DNA from: Epithemia pelagica
Taxonomy: Eukaryota; Protista; Bacillariophyta
NCBI GenBank assembly: GCA_946965045.2
Contig: OX337242.1
Location: 2,356,001 to 2,420,000, forward strand
Length of the DNA stretch: 64,000 bases
Reading direction: 5' to 3'
Within the stretch, counting starts at the first letter, position 1. Every line of letters begins with the position of its first letter. Of this stretch, positions 48,419-58,973 are shown one piece after another. Position numbers and translations under genes: made by a program. The notes beneath the pieces were generated by a model, which saw only the letters and a program-made list of their open reading frames with translations, had not been told where the DNA came from and did no database searches.

Positions 48419-50801
48419 ATGAAGTTTGAGTGGGGAAGTACTCCGGATTCTTCTCCTTCTGTGGGGTCGTCAGGTGAGTCTGTGACCGGGGGGGGGGACC
48501 CTTCGTTCGGGTTCTCTCTACGGAATTGTTCGTTTCGAACAACCTAGTTTTGAGTTGTTATGCCGCGGCATCATTGGTGCGGGGCAGCGAGTGTGTGTTC
48601 GTTCCGATTGTTCCGTGGCTTCGCATTCGGCTCGCAAGCAAGACTGGGCTTCTTTGGTGGGGGATGACTCTGCTGGGATATTTATTCGGGGTGGAAGCGT
48701 CTCTTCCAATTCCGACGCGGCAGACACGGTTTTCTGTCAACCTGTTCTTCCGGCTTCGTGTGTTCGGGATGTGGACTGGAGTGAACTCGAGTTGAGTCCG
48801 CGATCTCTCGAGAGTTGGCAAGCAACGTTCGCATCTCTACAAGACGTTGCCCGCGAGGCGGGCGATACTGTGAGTCCTACAATTGCAGCTAAGGTGATGG
48901 CGAACACGAAGGCAGAAGTTAAGTTTGCTGCTATGACACCCAAGCCTGCTAAGCGGGTGAAGGTTGGAACTGTGTCGGGGAGTGATAGTGACGAGGAGGA
49001 AGTGGAACTTGATGAGATGGGTGAAGTGGGACTGAAGACTCCAGTCGGCCGTTCCTCCCTCCCTTGGAAAGAAGTGCCAACGGACATTGGTTCTCAGCAG
49101 CCAACTCCCTCCGTCAAGATCTTGCAGAGTGGTGCATGGAGTAATTTGGTTGAAAACGTCAATCTTTTGCGTGATGATTGTCAGCGTTCGTCCCACAAGC
49201 GCAAGATGGTAGAAGAGGATCAAGAGGAAGCCATTGAACAGCTCAATGTCAAGTTATCGGTCCTCCATTCATTGTTGGGTCGGCGTCCAGAAGAGTTCGG
49301 TACTGATTCGGCTTTCACAGTATTGCAGCATTGTACCGCAACCATGCGCTCCATTCAAGATCTAGTCGAAAAGCGTTTGGGTTCTCAGGCGGTTGCTCCC
49401 GAGTTGTCTGCACGATTGGAGTCTCTCGAAAGAAAGGCAGATTTGTTGAAAGCCGTGGTAAAGGCCGAAGTAAAGGCCGAGCTGGAGACGTTCTTCTCGG
49501 AGCAGGGTGATTTTCGGAAACAATTCGTGAACCCGACGTTGGCGCTATTGTCCAAATCCTCAAAGGACAAGTCTAATCCGGGAGGAAAGTGGGACGATCT
49601 TTTGCAGGAGTTAAAAGGAAGAATGGAAAATTTGGAACGTTCGCAGCAGTTTGCTGGTAGCCAAGCAAATGGCGCCGGTGGATTGTCGTCTGGGAGTGGA
49701 GGCATGTTCGGTTGGACGATTGGTGGGGGTTCCGTGGGAGCAGCGCTGGGAGGGAGTGTTGGACCGGCAGCATCGACGGGTGCTCCAGTTTCGACGAGTC
49801 CCACAGGCATGTCGTCTGTCACGACGGTTTTGAAAGAGGAGCTTCAACGGATGAAGGAAGAGATGACGGTGCTTCGAACGGAATTCAAGGATCTACAGGA
49901 ACAAATAGACAACGAGGCCATCACGGTTGGCTCGATTGTGTTCCCTTCCAGGATGTTTTGCCTCTCTTGGCTTACCTTGCATGATGCTCTGGGTGATCCC
50001 CATGTTTTTGTGGATGCAGTGTCGCTGTTGTCGTTGGCTACTTCCGATACAAGCTTGGATGAAGAACGTGCGGCAAATCTTCGTGCCACCACAGCCAAGG
50101 TAAGGGATAAAACTCCCTACCATACGGCTTACATCGCGTCTTTCAATTTGGAGGTCCCTCCGTTGTTGGGCAAGGGATCAGACCAGAGCATGACGACGAA
50201 TTCGCGCGCTCTTGGCGGAGTTCCGAAGTTTGAGGATTTCCATCCTCCGTCAGGCCGCGAAGGTATTCATCAGCGCATTCTGGATTATGTTCGCGATGGT
50301 CGACAAACGCTGGAGCAAGCCATAGGTGAATTGTTTGCGTTTGGGACAGAGCCGTCAAGCGTGGCGAAGGAAATGCTCCACCTCAGCAAGGCCTTCTGGG
50401 ATGACCTCTGCCACTGGATGGTGAGGTACCATCGCCAGGTTCAGGCCGAGAGCGAGGCAAGCGAGCAGGAGGTGTGGATTCTGATCTCGCATTGCGTGCG
50501 GGCAGTTTTCAAAAGTCTGCGGGAGGCCCGAGCACCGGGAAGAGCTTCGAATACCCCGGCGGGCATGTTGTGGGGAACGTTGAGAGCCCATGAGGTGATG
50601 CAGGAGTATCGAGCGGCGGAGTTTAGTGGCCACCCCAAGATAGCGCTCATCCTTCATGAGCATCTCATTCGTTTCGCCACTCCTCGGTCAAAATTCGATG
50701 GCTTGAAGTCTAGTGTGGAGGATCGTCTTGACAAGTTGCAGAGGTCAGTGAACTCGGCTGTAGCAGCTTCAAACAAGAACGGAAAGAAGGACAAGGCTTG
50801 A
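48419..50801 (+). CDS. gag-like ORF of YR element 2 (one extra G in the G10 run at 48488-48497)
   Basis: MKFEWGS... start is homologous to element 1 MKFDWVG...; after the G run the frame continues LCRGIIG...CVRSDCSVASH (Cys/His knuckle), then coiled coils. Confidence 0.7.
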
Positions 50802-50822
50802 CCGTCACGGGTTTATTGTGAG

Positions 50823-51638
50823 ATGGAAAAGGAAGGGAAGATGGAACATGTCAGGAAAAGGGCGAAGAGAAATGGCGAGGAAAAGTTGATTGGTGAGCAA
50901 CGAATTAGCGATATGAATATGAATGTTGAAAGGCTTGTAGACAATCGGCGAGTGGCAAAACGTAAAGTAGATCTCGACATGAGCGAACATTCGCAAATGG
51001 GGGTTGCAGAGAGAAAGATTGCAAGTTTGGGTGTAGGAAAAGGAAAGTGGCGGATTGGTTTGGCAAGTGTGGGGACCCCCTTTTGGTTCTGGGCAGTCTC
51101 GGCACTTGGGTCAATAGAGTGGATTGATGTGGCAAAAATGGAGGAGATAGAGGATGAAACAGGGACGGAAGAATGGAAGAAGTTGGCAATACCGCAGGAC
51201 TCAAAGTTGACCAAGAACCGAGGATGCAAGAAGCAACGCATATTGTTTGTCGAACCAAGAGATTGGTTGAAGCGTTCGCAAGTAGATGTGGTATTCTTCG
51301 AAGGGGGCCTGTGTCCAAGTCCAAACCATCCAGTTTGGTCAATGGATGGAGTTCGTTTAGTGTTTTGGATAGGTGGTCGCAAGGGTTCTGGTCCGTCGGC
51401 TGATGGACAATACCCTTATGGCGAATGGCGAAAATCATGCATGAGGATCAGTCACTCGGAGTTGGGAGGAGTGACCAATTTGATATCATGGATTCATGTT
51501 GCCGAAAGAGAAACGGAGGGTGAAGCCACCACAAGTTTCGTTGATTGTTGGGCCGATTTCTTAGACGGGGGCCTGAGCAAAACAACCGTTCGAGGAGTAG
51601 TGGATCCCACAGTGCATGGACGAGAGGTTAAACTGTGA
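50823..51638 (+). CDS. N-terminal part of the pol frame, degenerate C5-methyltransferase-like region
   Basis: Same frame as 51642..54680, separated by one TGA; ISHSELGGVT and downstream RRLTARELAVSMDFP resemble late C5-MTase motifs. Confidence 0.45.
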   Translation: MEKEGKMEHVRKRAKRNGEEKLIGEQRISDMNMNVERLVDNRRVAKRKVDLDMSEHSQMGVAERKIASLGVGKGKWRIGLASVGTPFWFWAVSALGSIEWIDVAKMEEIEDETGTEEWKKLAIPQDSKLTKNRGCKKQRILFVEPRDWLKRSQVDVVFFEGGLCPSPNHPVWSMDGVRLVFWIGGRKGSGPSADGQYPYGEWRKSCMRISHSELGGVTNLISWIHVAERETEGEATTSFVDCWADFLDGGLSKTTVRGVVDPTVHGREVKL

Positions 51639-51641
51639 CAG

Positions 51642-54600
51642 TTGGACAAGACACGGAGAAAGGGAGCCAGGGATCCAGCCTCTGTGCTGAATCGCAAATT
51701 GTGCTGGAAACGGGATCGTTATGCAGAGCACAACCTTCCAAGTGTGTTTGCCTCGTCTGGAGTGGTCAAGAGACGGTTGACGGCGCGTGAATTGGCTGTG
51801 TCTATGGATTTTCCAGCCATGATGCATAAGAAAGGAACAGAGGGTGAATTGGAGGAGTGGTTGGATAATATCGTGGTTCCTTTTAAATGCAGGGTTCAGG
51901 TGGCGAGATCGTTGCGGGAATGGAAGGAAGAGCAAGAGTTAGAAGGGTCGAGAGGAAGGAAGCAAGAGGTGGAGACGGATGTGGGAACTCACGTCGAACG
52001 AAAGGTGCATGAGACGTCCGCCCAGGACGCACGAATGACGGAAGAGGATACTCCTTTGTATGCAATTCCTGACAGTGAGGAGGGCGGTGGCTCATTGAAC
52101 ACGGAAGAACGGCGTGAGGACAGGAACTTGAAGGCAACGAAATCCGACGACGCTAAGATCCCGACTTACCTTTGGGACGATCGTGTCTGTCGGCTTTTGA
52201 GTGTTGGAAGAAATGACGATCGAGATCGGATCGTGAGCGCTTTGAATTCCATCAGAAAGGGCGCGTTGCGATACTGGAAAAGATCAGTGAGTGTGGATTT
52301 CTGGGGCTGGTGGAGCTCTCAGAGTTTTGCTGACGATGAGGAAGACTTACGAGAAAGAACCATCCAGGCCGGGCTTAGTGCAATGGCACATGCGTCCATG
52401 GCATCATGGTGGGACTGGGATGGCGGGTCATCTCCTTTCTTTTGGAGAATGCCTGTTCTCGAATGGCAAGCCGAAATGCGCGATGGAGTGGCTCCAATGT
52501 GGATAGGTCCTCGACCGGCGTATCGGCGCAGACAAAGGGCAAATCCTGATGTAAAAAGCAGAGCAAAGGAAAAGAAGAAGTTGTCGAAAGTGAGACAACG
52601 AGGTTACATCGCTCCGACCAATGGAATTAAGTCGTTGACCAGTTTCTTTTCGGTCCCGAAAGGGGAAGACGATATACGAATGGTCTATGATGGGACCAAG
52701 AGTGGCTTGAATGCTGCGTTGTTTGCTCCGTGGTTCGGTCTCGGCAACGTGAACGCCATGCTTCGCTCGATGGAGGGAAAGACTTGGTCGGCGGACAACG
52801 ATTTCGGGGAAATGTTCTTAAATTTTTGGGTGCATCCCGATCTTAGGTGTTACACGGGAATCGATATCACCGACCTGTTTCCGGAGGAGCTCCAAGACAA
52901 GTTCGGGAAGACTCGTTTGTGGGAGGCTTGGACGCGGTGTGCGATGGGCCTAACGACGTCCCCGTATCAGACCACCCAATGCGCTCAAAGAGTTAAAAGA
53001 ATTATATTCGGAGATAAGAGCGATCCTGACAACATATTTGGATGGGTGGATGTGCGCTTAAACTTACCTGGAGACGCCGAGTACGATCCGTCTTTGCCCT
53101 GGATCAGTAAGATTCGGGCCAACGGGGATATTGCAGCAGATGTGCATCCATATGTGGACGACTTGAGGGAAACAGCTCCTTCGGAAGATGAAGCGTGGAA
53201 AGCCGCTAGCAAAATGGCAAAGGGCGCATCGTACTTTGGGCTGCAGGATGCAGCAAGGAAACGTCGAGATCCAAGTAAAACACCGGGTGCCTGGGCTGGA
53301 GCGATCGTAGAAACTACTGCGGATGGGCAGGTGTTTAAGACTGTGGCACAAGAGCGGTGGAACAAGACGCGTGGGCATATTGATAGATTGGTGGAATGGG
53401 CGAGGTCAGAGGAATCAATCGATCGCAAGGAACTTGAGCGAATTAGGGGATTTTTGGTGTATGTTTCTTTAACATACGACATCATGGTCCCATACTTAAA
53501 AGGAATCCACTTGACATTGGAATCTTGGCGATCGGATCGAGATGATGAAGGCTGGCGACTGCCCGAAAAGGACCGACGGAAGAGGATCAGCGAATTGACT
53601 TTGCGAGATTCAGCCCCTCCAGCGAAGGTGAAGAAGGTGCCACGGTTTGAAAGTGATGTGGAAGCGTTAGCGACACTCGCCGAGGATCCGGTTCCGCCTA
53701 AAGTTCTGGCGAGACCCAGGAAAGGATCGAAGGTGGCGATCGTTTTTGGGGACGCCTCAGGAGAGGGTTTTGGTTCATCGTTATGGATCTACGGATCCCA
53801 TAAAGTTGAAACAGAGCACGGTCTGTGGACCAGGGATTATGGTTCCCGCTCATCGAATTTCCGCGAATTGTATAACTTGGTCTTGCGCCTGGAAGCTCTT
53901 GTGGAGAATGGGACGATACCCTTTGGGACGGAAGTTTTTATGTTTACCGACAACTCGACAGCGGAGTCGGCCTTCTTTCGCGGGACGTCCACATCGCCAT
54001 TGTTGTATGAGCTGGCATTGCGTACCAAACGTTTGGAGATGCGAGGAAGTATATTCTTGCGGGTTATCTGGGTTGCGGGTACTAGGATGATAGCACAAGG
54101 GACGGATGGCTTGTCAAGGGGTGACTTGATGACGGGTGTGATGGCGGGGAGTGATATGCTTCTGTATGTCCCCCTGAACAAGACAGTGGTCCAAAGACAA
54201 GAGGGCGTGGTTGATTGGTTGATGTCGTGTGCTCACAATGTTGTAGGTTGGAGGACGTTGAAGGCAAGGGACTGGTTCGACGAAGCTTTCGAACAGGGAA
54301 ATTTCGTCTGGGTCCCACCCCCCGCCATTGCTGATGTCGCGGTCGATCAACTCTGCGAAGCCCGTCACATACGAACACACACTGCGCATATTTTCGTTTG
54401 TCCAGCTTTGATGTCAAATCGTTGGCGAAAAAAGCTGGGCAAGGTTGCGGATTTTGTGTTTTCCATACCAGTAGGGAGTGTATTGTGGAACAAGTCTCAA
54501 CATGAACCGTTGATTGTTGCTTTTCTCTGTCCTTTTTTAACTAGAAGTCCGTGGCAGGTCAAAAGAGCAAAATGCTTATTGGACTCAGTGGACGGGGAAC

Positions 54601-54680
54601 TGTCAGAAATGTGGGCATCCGGTACAGGCTCTGTCAGGGATTTGCTGCGCAAATTATGGAGCTTCACGGGGCACGAGTAA
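51642..54680 (+). CDS. RT-RNase H polyprotein of YR element 2
   Basis: ADNDFGEMFLNF, MGLTTSPY, YVDDL; FGDASGEGFG, FTDNST, DGLSRG; WVPPPA methyltransferase-like tail. Confidence 0.9.
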   Translation: MDKTRRKGARDPASVLNRKLCWKRDRYAEHNLPSVFASSGVVKRRLTARELAVSMDFPAMMHKKGTEGELEEWLDNIVVPFKCRVQVARSLREWKEEQELEGSRGRKQEVETDVGTHVERKVHETSAQDARMTEEDTPLYAIPDSEEGGGSLNTEERREDRNLKATKSDDAKIPTYLWDDRVCRLLSVGRNDDRDRIVSALNSIRKGALRYWKRSVSVDFWGWWSSQSFADDEEDLRERTIQAGLSAMAHASMASWWDWDGGSSPFFWRMPVLEWQAEMRDGVAPMWIGPRPAYRRRQRANPDVKSRAKEKKKLSKVRQRGYIAPTNGIKSLTSFFSVPKGEDDIRMVYDGTKSGLNAALFAPWFGLGNVNAMLRSMEGKTWSADNDFGEMFLNFWVHPDLRCYTGIDITDLFPEELQDKFGKTRLWEAWTRCAMGLTTSPYQTTQCAQRVKRIIFGDKSDPDNIFGWVDVRLNLPGDAEYDPSLPWISKIRANGDIAADVHPYVDDLRETAPSEDEAWKAASKMAKGASYFGLQDAARKRRDPSKTPGAWAGAIVETTADGQVFKTVAQERWNKTRGHIDRLVEWARSEESIDRKELERIRGFLVYVSLTYDIMVPYLKGIHLTLESWRSDRDDEGWRLPEKDRRKRISELTLRDSAPPAKVKKVPRFESDVEALATLAEDPVPPKVLARPRKGSKVAIVFGDASGEGFGSSLWIYGSHKVETEHGLWTRDYGSRSSNFRELYNLVLRLEALVENGTIPFGTEVFMFTDNSTAESAFFRGTSTSPLLYELALRTKRLEMRGSIFLRVIWVAGTRMIAQGTDGLSRGDLMTGVMAGSDMLLYVPLNKTVVQRQEGVVDWLMSCAHNVVGWRTLKARDWFDEAFEQGNFVWVPPPAIADVAVDQLCEARHIRTHTAHIFVCPALMSNRWRKKLGKVADFVFSIPVGSVLWNKSQHEPLIVAFLCPFLTRSPWQVKRAKCLLDSVDGELSEMWASGTGSVRDLLRKLWSFTGHE

Positions 54681-56088
54681 AGTATGTCAGGGAATCTGGC
54701 ATGCGGCGTGTTACTGCAAATTGGATCATGATCGCTTTCCAGTCTTTGAGGCAGGCGATTTGGATGATGCATTGTTGGATGCGGAGCTTCATGGGGAAAT
54801 AGAGGACGATGAAAAGAGATTTCAAGAGGCACGGGTCGGTGACGATCTCATGTGTCCGTTTCAGTGTGATGAGTGTTCCTTTTATAACATGAATGGACGA
54901 TACCCGAGTGACCGCGAACAGGACCGACTGTTGATGTTGTGTATTCGACGCGCGAACTTAGATGCCTTTTGGTCTCGAGAGAGAACAACGGTAGACAAAA
55001 ATTGGAGAGAGATGCGGGGTTTGTTGGATATTGCAGACTCAGTTGGATTGTCACATCCACTGCCGAATCGAGGTCCAGTGCCAATAGGGGACTCACAGGG
55101 TTTGAATGTTGCTTGTTTGCTTTTGATGAAGACTCTCCGAGAAGGAAAGAATTCAAAAAGGATTCAGTTTGAAACAGCCCGGAAGATTCGGTCAGTTGTG
55201 TCCAACTTTTGTCATACTCTTCCTGGAGGAAGTGGATTATCCACAGTGGCTCATGGAGACAGAGGAGGACTATTTTTCAGCGCGAGCACGACGAATTCGT
55301 ATTGGTTCCGTCGATTTATGGCAGGATGTCATCGCCGAATGGGCGATGTTTGGATGCCAGACCAAGCTGTTACTGTGGAAGAAGTGTTAGCGGGTCTCCA
55401 AATTCTGGAAGAAGAATGGCAAAGTGGAGTCAAGGGTCTGCGGAAACAGGAAGTGGCATTGACGGGGGCACTCGTAGTGGTGGGCTTCACGGCGGCACTG
55501 AGAGGTGAAGAAATTTCACAAATCGATGTCGGCTTAATGAGGAAATACTGGGAAGAAGGTTTGAATTATCAGCGAAAGCCGCACGTACCTTTGGCGCTGG
55601 CTGGTCGTTTTAAGCAAACGAACGGAACGTTTAGAATTTACATTCATCCGCTGGCCGACAAAACAGGCTCGGGAGTGGAAGTACGGCTCTGGTTGGAACG
55701 TGCCATTCGTTGTTTGCATGAGGCCAAGATTACAACAGGACCAATGTTTCGGATTGTCAAGAAGAAAGGACAAATCAAGCGAGCGTCGGTGGGTGATCTG
55801 GATGTATTGTTTCACGCCTTGTGGAAAAGAGTCCAGCACCGATTTCCCCAGTTGATTGTGGAGTCAACAAAGATTGAGGAGGAATACAGTGTGCGACGAT
55901 CGTTGAGACGTGGTGCCACTACAGAGGCTCAGAACCGCGCGATCCCCAGAGATGTCATCGAGATGAACAACCGCTGGAAAAAGCATTTGAGGGGGCGAGG
56001 TGTGTTGCCCTCGATGACGATGGTTGAGAGGTACTCCGATGCAAGGGCTTCGGTCGAGGCTTTAGTCAAGTTTTCGGAGTTGTTGTAA
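54541..56088 (+). CDS. Tyrosine recombinase of YR element 2 (open frame starts inside pol)
   Basis: Frame is open from 54541: NCQKCGHP...CQGIWHAAC; AALRGEE, RRSLRRG, MVERYSD. Confidence 0.85.
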   Translation, partial: LEVRGRSKEQNAYWTQWTGNCQKCGHPVQALSGICCANYGASRGTSKVCQGIWHAACYCKLDHDRFPVFEAGDLDDALLDAELHGEIEDDEKRFQEARVGDDLMCPFQCDECSFYNMNGRYPSDREQDRLLMLCIRRANLDAFWSRERTTVDKNWREMRGLLDIADSVGLSHPLPNRGPVPIGDSQGLNVACLLLMKTLREGKNSKRIQFETARKIRSVVSNFCHTLPGGSGLSTVAHGDRGGLFFSASTTNSYWFRRFMAGCHRRMGDVWMPDQAVTVEEVLAGLQILEEEWQSGVKGLRKQEVALTGALVVVGFTAALRGEEISQIDVGLMRKYWEEGLNYQRKPHVPLALAGRFKQTNGTFRIYIHPLADKTGSGVEVRLWLERAIRCLHEAKITTGPMFRIVKKKGQIKRASVGDLDVLFHALWKRVQHRFPQLIVESTKIEEEYSVRRSLRRGATTEAQNRAIPRDVIEMNNRWKKHLRGRGVLPSMTMVERYSDARASVEALVKFSELL

Positions 56089-56143
56089 CAAGAGAAGGAT
56101 GGATGAGATGAATGACACAATGGATAAGAGAACGACCAAACGG

Positions 56144-57209
56144 GGAGAAGACTCGACTGGACTACTCACTACGGTGGTTCAGTCTAGGTCGCTTGTTGCA
56201 CGTCAGCTGGCCTGTCTTTGGAGTCAGGGAGTTTCTCTCCAATGTTGGTTGCTTGGGTATGGCAACCCATGGCAGCTGACATCTGCATCTCTGCGAAGAT
56301 ATTTCGAGGATGTGGGCTCACTTTGTGAGTACAAGGAGATGGGCTCTCTGCTCGGAGGCACACTCGCCCACGGCAAACGCAGTATCACATATTCTGGAGA
56401 TATGCGACTGCGGAGCGATTCCGGATCCCGCCCGAGGATATGGGTGGGGGGGCCGTTACCCCCCCAGAGTTGGTCAAGTATTTTAATCATAGTGTTATTA
56501 AGTGAGTGTATGTGTGAGGACGAGGAGGAGTCGATGTCTTGGATAAGTGAGGAACAAGTACCGCATCGTACCGCTCCGGTCAAGAAGGGACCGACGGACG
56601 AACGCAGAGAAGACATCGATCCCAACGAGTACTCAGGTCGAGAGAGTTCGTTGGGACAGTCATTTGAATGACTGTCCCAACAAAAGTTCAGCAATCATAA
56701 ATTGTTGGAAAGAAGAAGGTGCGCAGTCATCAAGGATTTGATCACCCATTGATTCTGTGTATTCTGCTTCTTTCGCCCGCCCGCCCGCCCGGAGAAGACT
56801 CGACTGGACTACTCACTACGGTGGTTCAGTCTAGGTCGCTTGTTGCACGTCAGCTGGCCTGTCTTTGGAGTCAGGGAGTTTCTCTCCAATGTTGGTTGCT
56901 TGGGTATGGCAACCCATGGCAGCTGACATCTGCATCTCTGCGAAGATATTTCGAGGATGTGGGCTCACTTTGTGAGTACAAGGAGATGGGCTCTCTGCTC
57001 GGAGGCACACTCGCCCACGGCAAACGCAGTATCACATATTCTGGAGATATGCGACTGCGGAGCGATTCCGGATCCCGCCCGAGGATATGGGTGGGGGGGC
57101 CGTTACCCCCCCAGAGTTGGTCAAGTATTTTAATCATAGTGTTATTAAGTGAGTGTATGTGTGAGGACGAGGAGGAGTCGATGTCTTGGATAAGTGAGGA
57201 ACAAGTACC
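56144..57209 (+). repeat. B1-A2-(GCCC)4-B2 terminal repeat block
   Basis: B1 56144-56562, A2 56561-56774, linker 56775-56790, B2 56791-57209. Confidence 0.95.
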
Positions 57210-57874
57210 CGATCCCCGCCCAATTCCCGGACAGCTGTGCATGCGTATCCGTTCTCCGTTCGCTCAGTCTACAGTCTACAACACAAGACACAAGATTCCC
57301 ACAAGATGCTGGCTCCATACGACATACAATACAAGCTGAGTTCAAGCGGAATGTCAACGACGTAGCGCTTGGTAGAAAATCTACGTAAAAGCGCCTGCCA
57401 TCCTCTTAATATAGCCCTTCTAATTATGCCTCTACCGTTATACCAAAAATCGGCCATGGTGAACGGTCCTTTTGTGCCACATAGGAGACGGCTCCGTAAT
57501 CCCATGCGTCGAATCTCTTCTTCATACATGGGTTGAGCATGGGGAACGTTGGTTGCCTCGTATTCATGTTGTAGGTGTTGTTTTATCTAGTTGAAGGTTG
57601 TCGGCGCGTGATTTACCACGGCAAATTACGGCAAAACTTCGGCGCAACCAATGCACTCTATCGTAGAATCGAATCATAGAAGATAGAACAAAGACTATGA
57701 ATAGTTGTAGTGTTGTTCACCTCAAAAAAGGCACTCTTTGCATAATATAGATGGAACTAAGACTAGAAGTTGCGTCGTTCACAGCGAAGAGCGATGTTCT
57801 TTTCGTTGTTGTGACTCACACAGCCGTACCACCAGTAAACGCAACTTATCACAGCTATAGAATTAGGAAAGATC

Positions 57875-58504
57875 CTACTTGTACATACTCGAATGATTGT
57901 CGTGTGGATTGAAGAAGAGGTTTTGATGAGGGTACTTGACCATGATCGAACCAAGCGAAATGTTGAAACGATCCATGTCATTGCAACCCATGTATATTGT
58001 GACAACCTGGGGCTCCATGCACGCTTTAGGGGTGATGGAGCAGCGCGTGTAGAGGCGGATGCGTCCCGTGACTTCTTCGTTCTTGCTCGTCTTTCCGAAG
58101 ACCTGGTCCAAATTCGACAGAGCGATGAACCCAACTGGAATAACCAACGCTGGTTCCTCATGCTCATTCGTTGCATCCCAGTGGAAGATTGCAATCCAAA
58201 GGTAGTCAGTCGAGAGCTCCCGCTGGACAAGCAGATGGCCACGGTCAACGATGTTGGTTCCAGTGTCCGCGCTTCTCGACATGGGTCCAAGGAGCGCACA
58301 AACGTTTCTTGCGTAGAACGAACACTTGAAAGGAAGACCGAAACCACCCTCACGGTCGTCCTCTTCATTGAACTCGAACTTCTTCTTCCCTGCGATGGCC
58401 ATCTTCACGTCTTGTCTCTTCTTCCTTGCCTCTTCCTGTCGTCTCTGTTTGATTGTTCTAGATGATGATGATGATGACGGCGGGTGATTCGGAAGCTGCT
58501 TCAT
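57875..58504 (-). CDS. Hypothetical protein
   Basis: 209-aa ORF with a basic N-terminus and beta-rich remainder; no family recognised. Confidence 0.35.
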   Translation of the reverse strand: MKQLPNHPPSSSSSSRTIKQRRQEEARKKRQDVKMAIAGKKKFEFNEEDDREGGFGLPFKCSFYARNVCALLGPMSRSADTGTNIVDRGHLLVQRELSTDYLWIAIFHWDATNEHEEPALVIPVGFIALSNLDQVFGKTSKNEEVTGRIRLYTRCSITPKACMEPQVVTIYMGCNDMDRFNISLGSIMVKYPHQNLFFNPHDNHSSMYK

Positions 58505-58649
58505 GCTGCAACTTTATTGGCGCGCGCCGATATTGTTCACGAATGAGCGCCGGGGGGATCACAAGATGACACAAGAATGGAGACTGAACCCAACGATTCA
58601 AACGAACACAACAATCAAACCAACCAATCCTCACTTTTATTTTCTAACG

Positions 58650-58973
58650 ATGCGCCAGACTCGTAGTGCTACCAAACGAGCCGAATCTGCGAAGGAGCAG
58701 GATTCCGCCGCAGCTCCTTCCAGCAAAACCGCATTTCCCTCCGACAAGGGAAACGGCAAGAAAATGCCTTCAAAGAAGGCTGTGGAGGGCAAAACGGCGA
58801 AAAAGAAGAAGACGATGACGACGAAGTCTCCCGCTTCGACCAAGAAGCAAGTCACCATCAACCTTGAGGATGCTTCGTCGTGGAAAGAGTGCGCCAAACA
58901 GAGGCAGCTCATTGTCGGGGATCATCTAAGGAAGGAACGGTACGCCAGTTTATGGCGGTTTAATTATCGATAA
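58650..58973 (+). CDS. Short Lys-rich hypothetical protein or gene fragment
   Basis: MRQTRSATKR... low-complexity basic ORF. Confidence 0.3.
   Translation: MRQTRSATKRAESAKEQDSAAAPSSKTAFPSDKGNGKKMPSKKAVEGKTAKKKKTMTTKSPASTKKQVTINLEDASSWKECAKQRQLIVGDHLRKERYASLWRFNYR

Larger units (their letters stand above)
48138..57209 (+). mobile_element. Tyrosine-recombinase retrotransposon (Ngaro/PAT-type), element 2, with split direct repeats A1-ORFs-B1-A2-B2
   Basis: A1 48138-48351 matches A2 56561-56774 (214 bp); B1 56144-56562 matches B2 56791-57209 (419 bp); encodes gag, RT/RH and YR; no TSD, CC at both junctions. Confidence 0.95.

Noticed and set aside
48474-48479. GTGAGT splice donor near the gag start of both YR elements
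   Set aside because: Element 1 reads through this site in frame into the conserved VVRF, so it is more simply coding (GES); no suitable acceptor restores the frame.
54533-54539. T TTT TTA slippery heptamer as a -1 frameshift into YR
   Set aside because: The -1 frame hits TAG within a few codons; YR is in the +1 frame.
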